A DNA stretch of 62,741 bases, the filler included. It is 3 parts of 3 records of this genome, joined end to end, with 100 filler letters (N's around TTAATTAATTAA, not from the genome) between each part and the next. Parts side by side here need not be neighbours in the genome. Positions count along the whole stretch, not along the records: positions 53,954 to 62,741 come from SRR20825019_494; 2 more parts are not named here. One strand, written 5' to 3'. The notes under the pieces were generated by a model that was not told where the DNA came from, ran no database searches, and was given only the letters and a program-made list of their open reading frames with translations. Positions 61,001 through 62,741 of the stretch are shown piece after piece (within the stretch, counting starts at the first letter, position 1; each line of letters starts with the position of its first letter). A program made the translations under genes and the position numbers.

Positions 61001-61976
61001 CAGATGATACCCACGCGCCCCATCGAAACGAGACTTGCCTTCTTTCTCTTATTGAAGTTGAGGCGCCGCTGCTGGGCATCCTGTGCAATAACGGATGCTA
61101 GTCCACCCTTCTGACCATAGAGGAACTCCCTACACCAACCTAGTCAAAACACGATGGCCATACCAACGCGGCCAGGCATCCGTACCAGTCGACACCCTGA
61201 GTAAGATTCTTGTTGTCAAGGAACTGTTTCTCCTCCAACAGCTTCCACCGGGGTGTCTCCAGCTCAGCCGTCACCTCCGCACTGATTGTCGGTTCGGATT
61301 TCCCCTCTTGGACCTGCAGGCAGAGTCAGAACCTCGGCAAAAAAGCAGCAAAGGCGTGCGTGCATGTGTTCGCGCGCGCGTGATGGCACGACCCATCAGA
61401 ACCCATCTGGCACTCTGATGGGCCTGCCAGGCCCGTCACGTTTCACAGAAAAAAGTAACTCAAGTGATACCAGGACCAAGATCCGGATGAGCCGGCGTGC
61501 GGTCGATCCGATACGCACCTTGTCATTGACTTTAAGCATCGCCTGCATCCGTGTAATGCCTGACTGGAGCACGCTGTAGCCGGGCGAGAACGTCTCAAAC
61601 ACATCGTCGCTGGTCCTGCCACGCGCGGCCCTCGTCAGTACACTCGAACACACACCGCGGTGCGCAATACCTCTTGTAATCGGGCTCCAGGTCCCCTTTC
61701 GGCATGAACTCTGGCATGGCAGCACTGGCAACTGACATTTTTCGGTCGAATGTGACAGCTTTCCACAGCATTTCCTGCGGGTGATGAGGGTGAGAACCGG
61801 CCGAGTGATGCCAACGCGTCGCAATAACCTTCTCATCGCGGTCCAAAAATATGTCTTCCCCATGTCCCTGCTCCCCCAGCTTCCCCATAGCAGCCTTCAC
61901 CTCCTTCGACGCGGCCCCGAGGCGGCGTTGGACTGAAAAAGGTGTAAGCGACGGGGCGTGGACCTTCAGCTAACAT
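55065..61976 (-). CDS. Upstream exons of the eukaryotic gene(s): K/E-rich low-complexity segments and an EF-hand-like region; exact model not resolved
   Basis: Recurrent GTGAGT donors (plus-strand ACTCAC), CTRAC branch sites and CAG acceptors; EF-loop-like DPGETGYIDIED near 58680-58710. Confidence 0.6.
59578..59600. repeat. A23 homopolymer inside an intron (59532-59605)
   Basis: Directly follows the GTGAG donor on the minus strand. Confidence 0.85.
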
Positions 61977-62149
61977 AGCCGCAGTTACCTGGCCGCTTCT
62001 CAGCGCGTTTGCGCGCCGCCGCAATGAGGTCGGAAATGCTGCTCATCCGGCCGGAGGGCACGTTGCCGTGTTCATTGGTTGGCACACTCTAGTTCAATAT
62101 ATATAGGCGCCACAACACCGCGACGACAAACGGACCAGCGGTTGACACC

Positions 62150-62571
62150 CGCCGGGTCGGGCCACTGCAGTGCCGTGACCAGAGACCAGGCTGGTTAGTC
62201 GCCAGACGGCGCGGCCGCACCGGACCGGCCGAGTCACAGCCCTGCTGCCGCCCGGACGCGTGACTGTGAGCCAGGCCGCCGAGGACGGTCGGGCGGGAGA
62301 GCGAAGGCCGGCGGGCCGAGGGCACCCGCGCGGCCCTGGGCGGTCGCGGCGGTCCGGCGTGCGGCGCGCGCGGCGTGCCGTGCGGCCGCTGGCCCATGGT
62401 CCGACGCAGGGCCGGTCCCGGGCCAGGCCGGGCCCGGCCGGGCCGGCCCGCGTCGGCGGTCGGCGGGCCGGGCCGAACTCTACCACTAGGCTAGGGGCGC
62501 GCGGGGTCCCGGGCGGCGGGTCGTCACCGCCGGGCGGAGTGCGCGGCAGGGCTGCCTAGTCGAGGCCCCCC
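62150..62571. other. Extremely GC-rich low-complexity tract
   Basis: Dense GGCC/CCGG/GCGC words and no credible protein. Confidence 0.7.
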
Positions 62572-62721
62572 AGCGCAGTGGGTCAGTGAGTTTGCCTCTG
62601 CACAAATTGAACCGATAGAAAAGATACATATGTCCACCAATAAATCAAGTCTATATACAACGAAGTATCTCCATATATCAAGAGTAAGCAGTTCCGTGGA
62701 CACGCCCATCCCCACGGGCCG

Positions 62722-62741
62722 CCCCCCCCCCCCCCCCCCCC
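62722..62741. repeat. Terminal poly-C run
   Basis: C homopolymer at the sequence end. Confidence 0.8.

Noticed and set aside
62722-62741. Telomere
   Set aside because: Pure homopolymer with no repeat unit; more likely a poly-G sequencing artefact or a truncated run

Overview
The window is three unrelated contigs joined by two artificial 100-nt linkers (N44-TTAATTAATTAA-N44 at 31786-31885 and 53854-53953), so nothing should be inferred across the linkers. Contig A (1-31785) is alphaproteobacterial core chromosome: gap-pgk-fbaA-thiE, efp-suhB, a MotA/MotB-like pair, an MsbA-related exporter, rpmE, ibpA, trcR, ubiX, purEK, fsa, priA and atpH-atpA, with small accessory insertions. Contig B (31886-53853) is a visibly higher-GC alphaproteobacterium carrying emrAB/TetR, LysR, tusA, speB, a PAS kinase, a D-lactate dehydrogenase-like oxidase, djlA, uup, an amidase and an ornithine decarboxylase. 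Contig C (53954-62741) is eukaryotic: a long minus-strand gene split by short (about 50-60 nt) GT-AG introns. The best candidate for an undescribed system is in contig B (38828-43112, minus strand). It is a translationally coupled three-gene unit: a 558-aa protein with degenerate sigma70 region 2.4/3/3.2/4 motifs, a 189-aa anti-sigma-like protein with an exposed AAAS hinge, and a single-pass membrane protein with a cytoplasmic Lon-like (S16) Ser-Lys protease domain. A secreted DUF4384-like gene precedes it. The unit looks like a CRISPR-independent, transmembrane analogue of the CalpS/CalpT/CalpL sigma-release cascade. All family assignments are by eye and need HMM or structure confirmation. 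No CRISPR array, tRNA, rRNA or transposase was seen.
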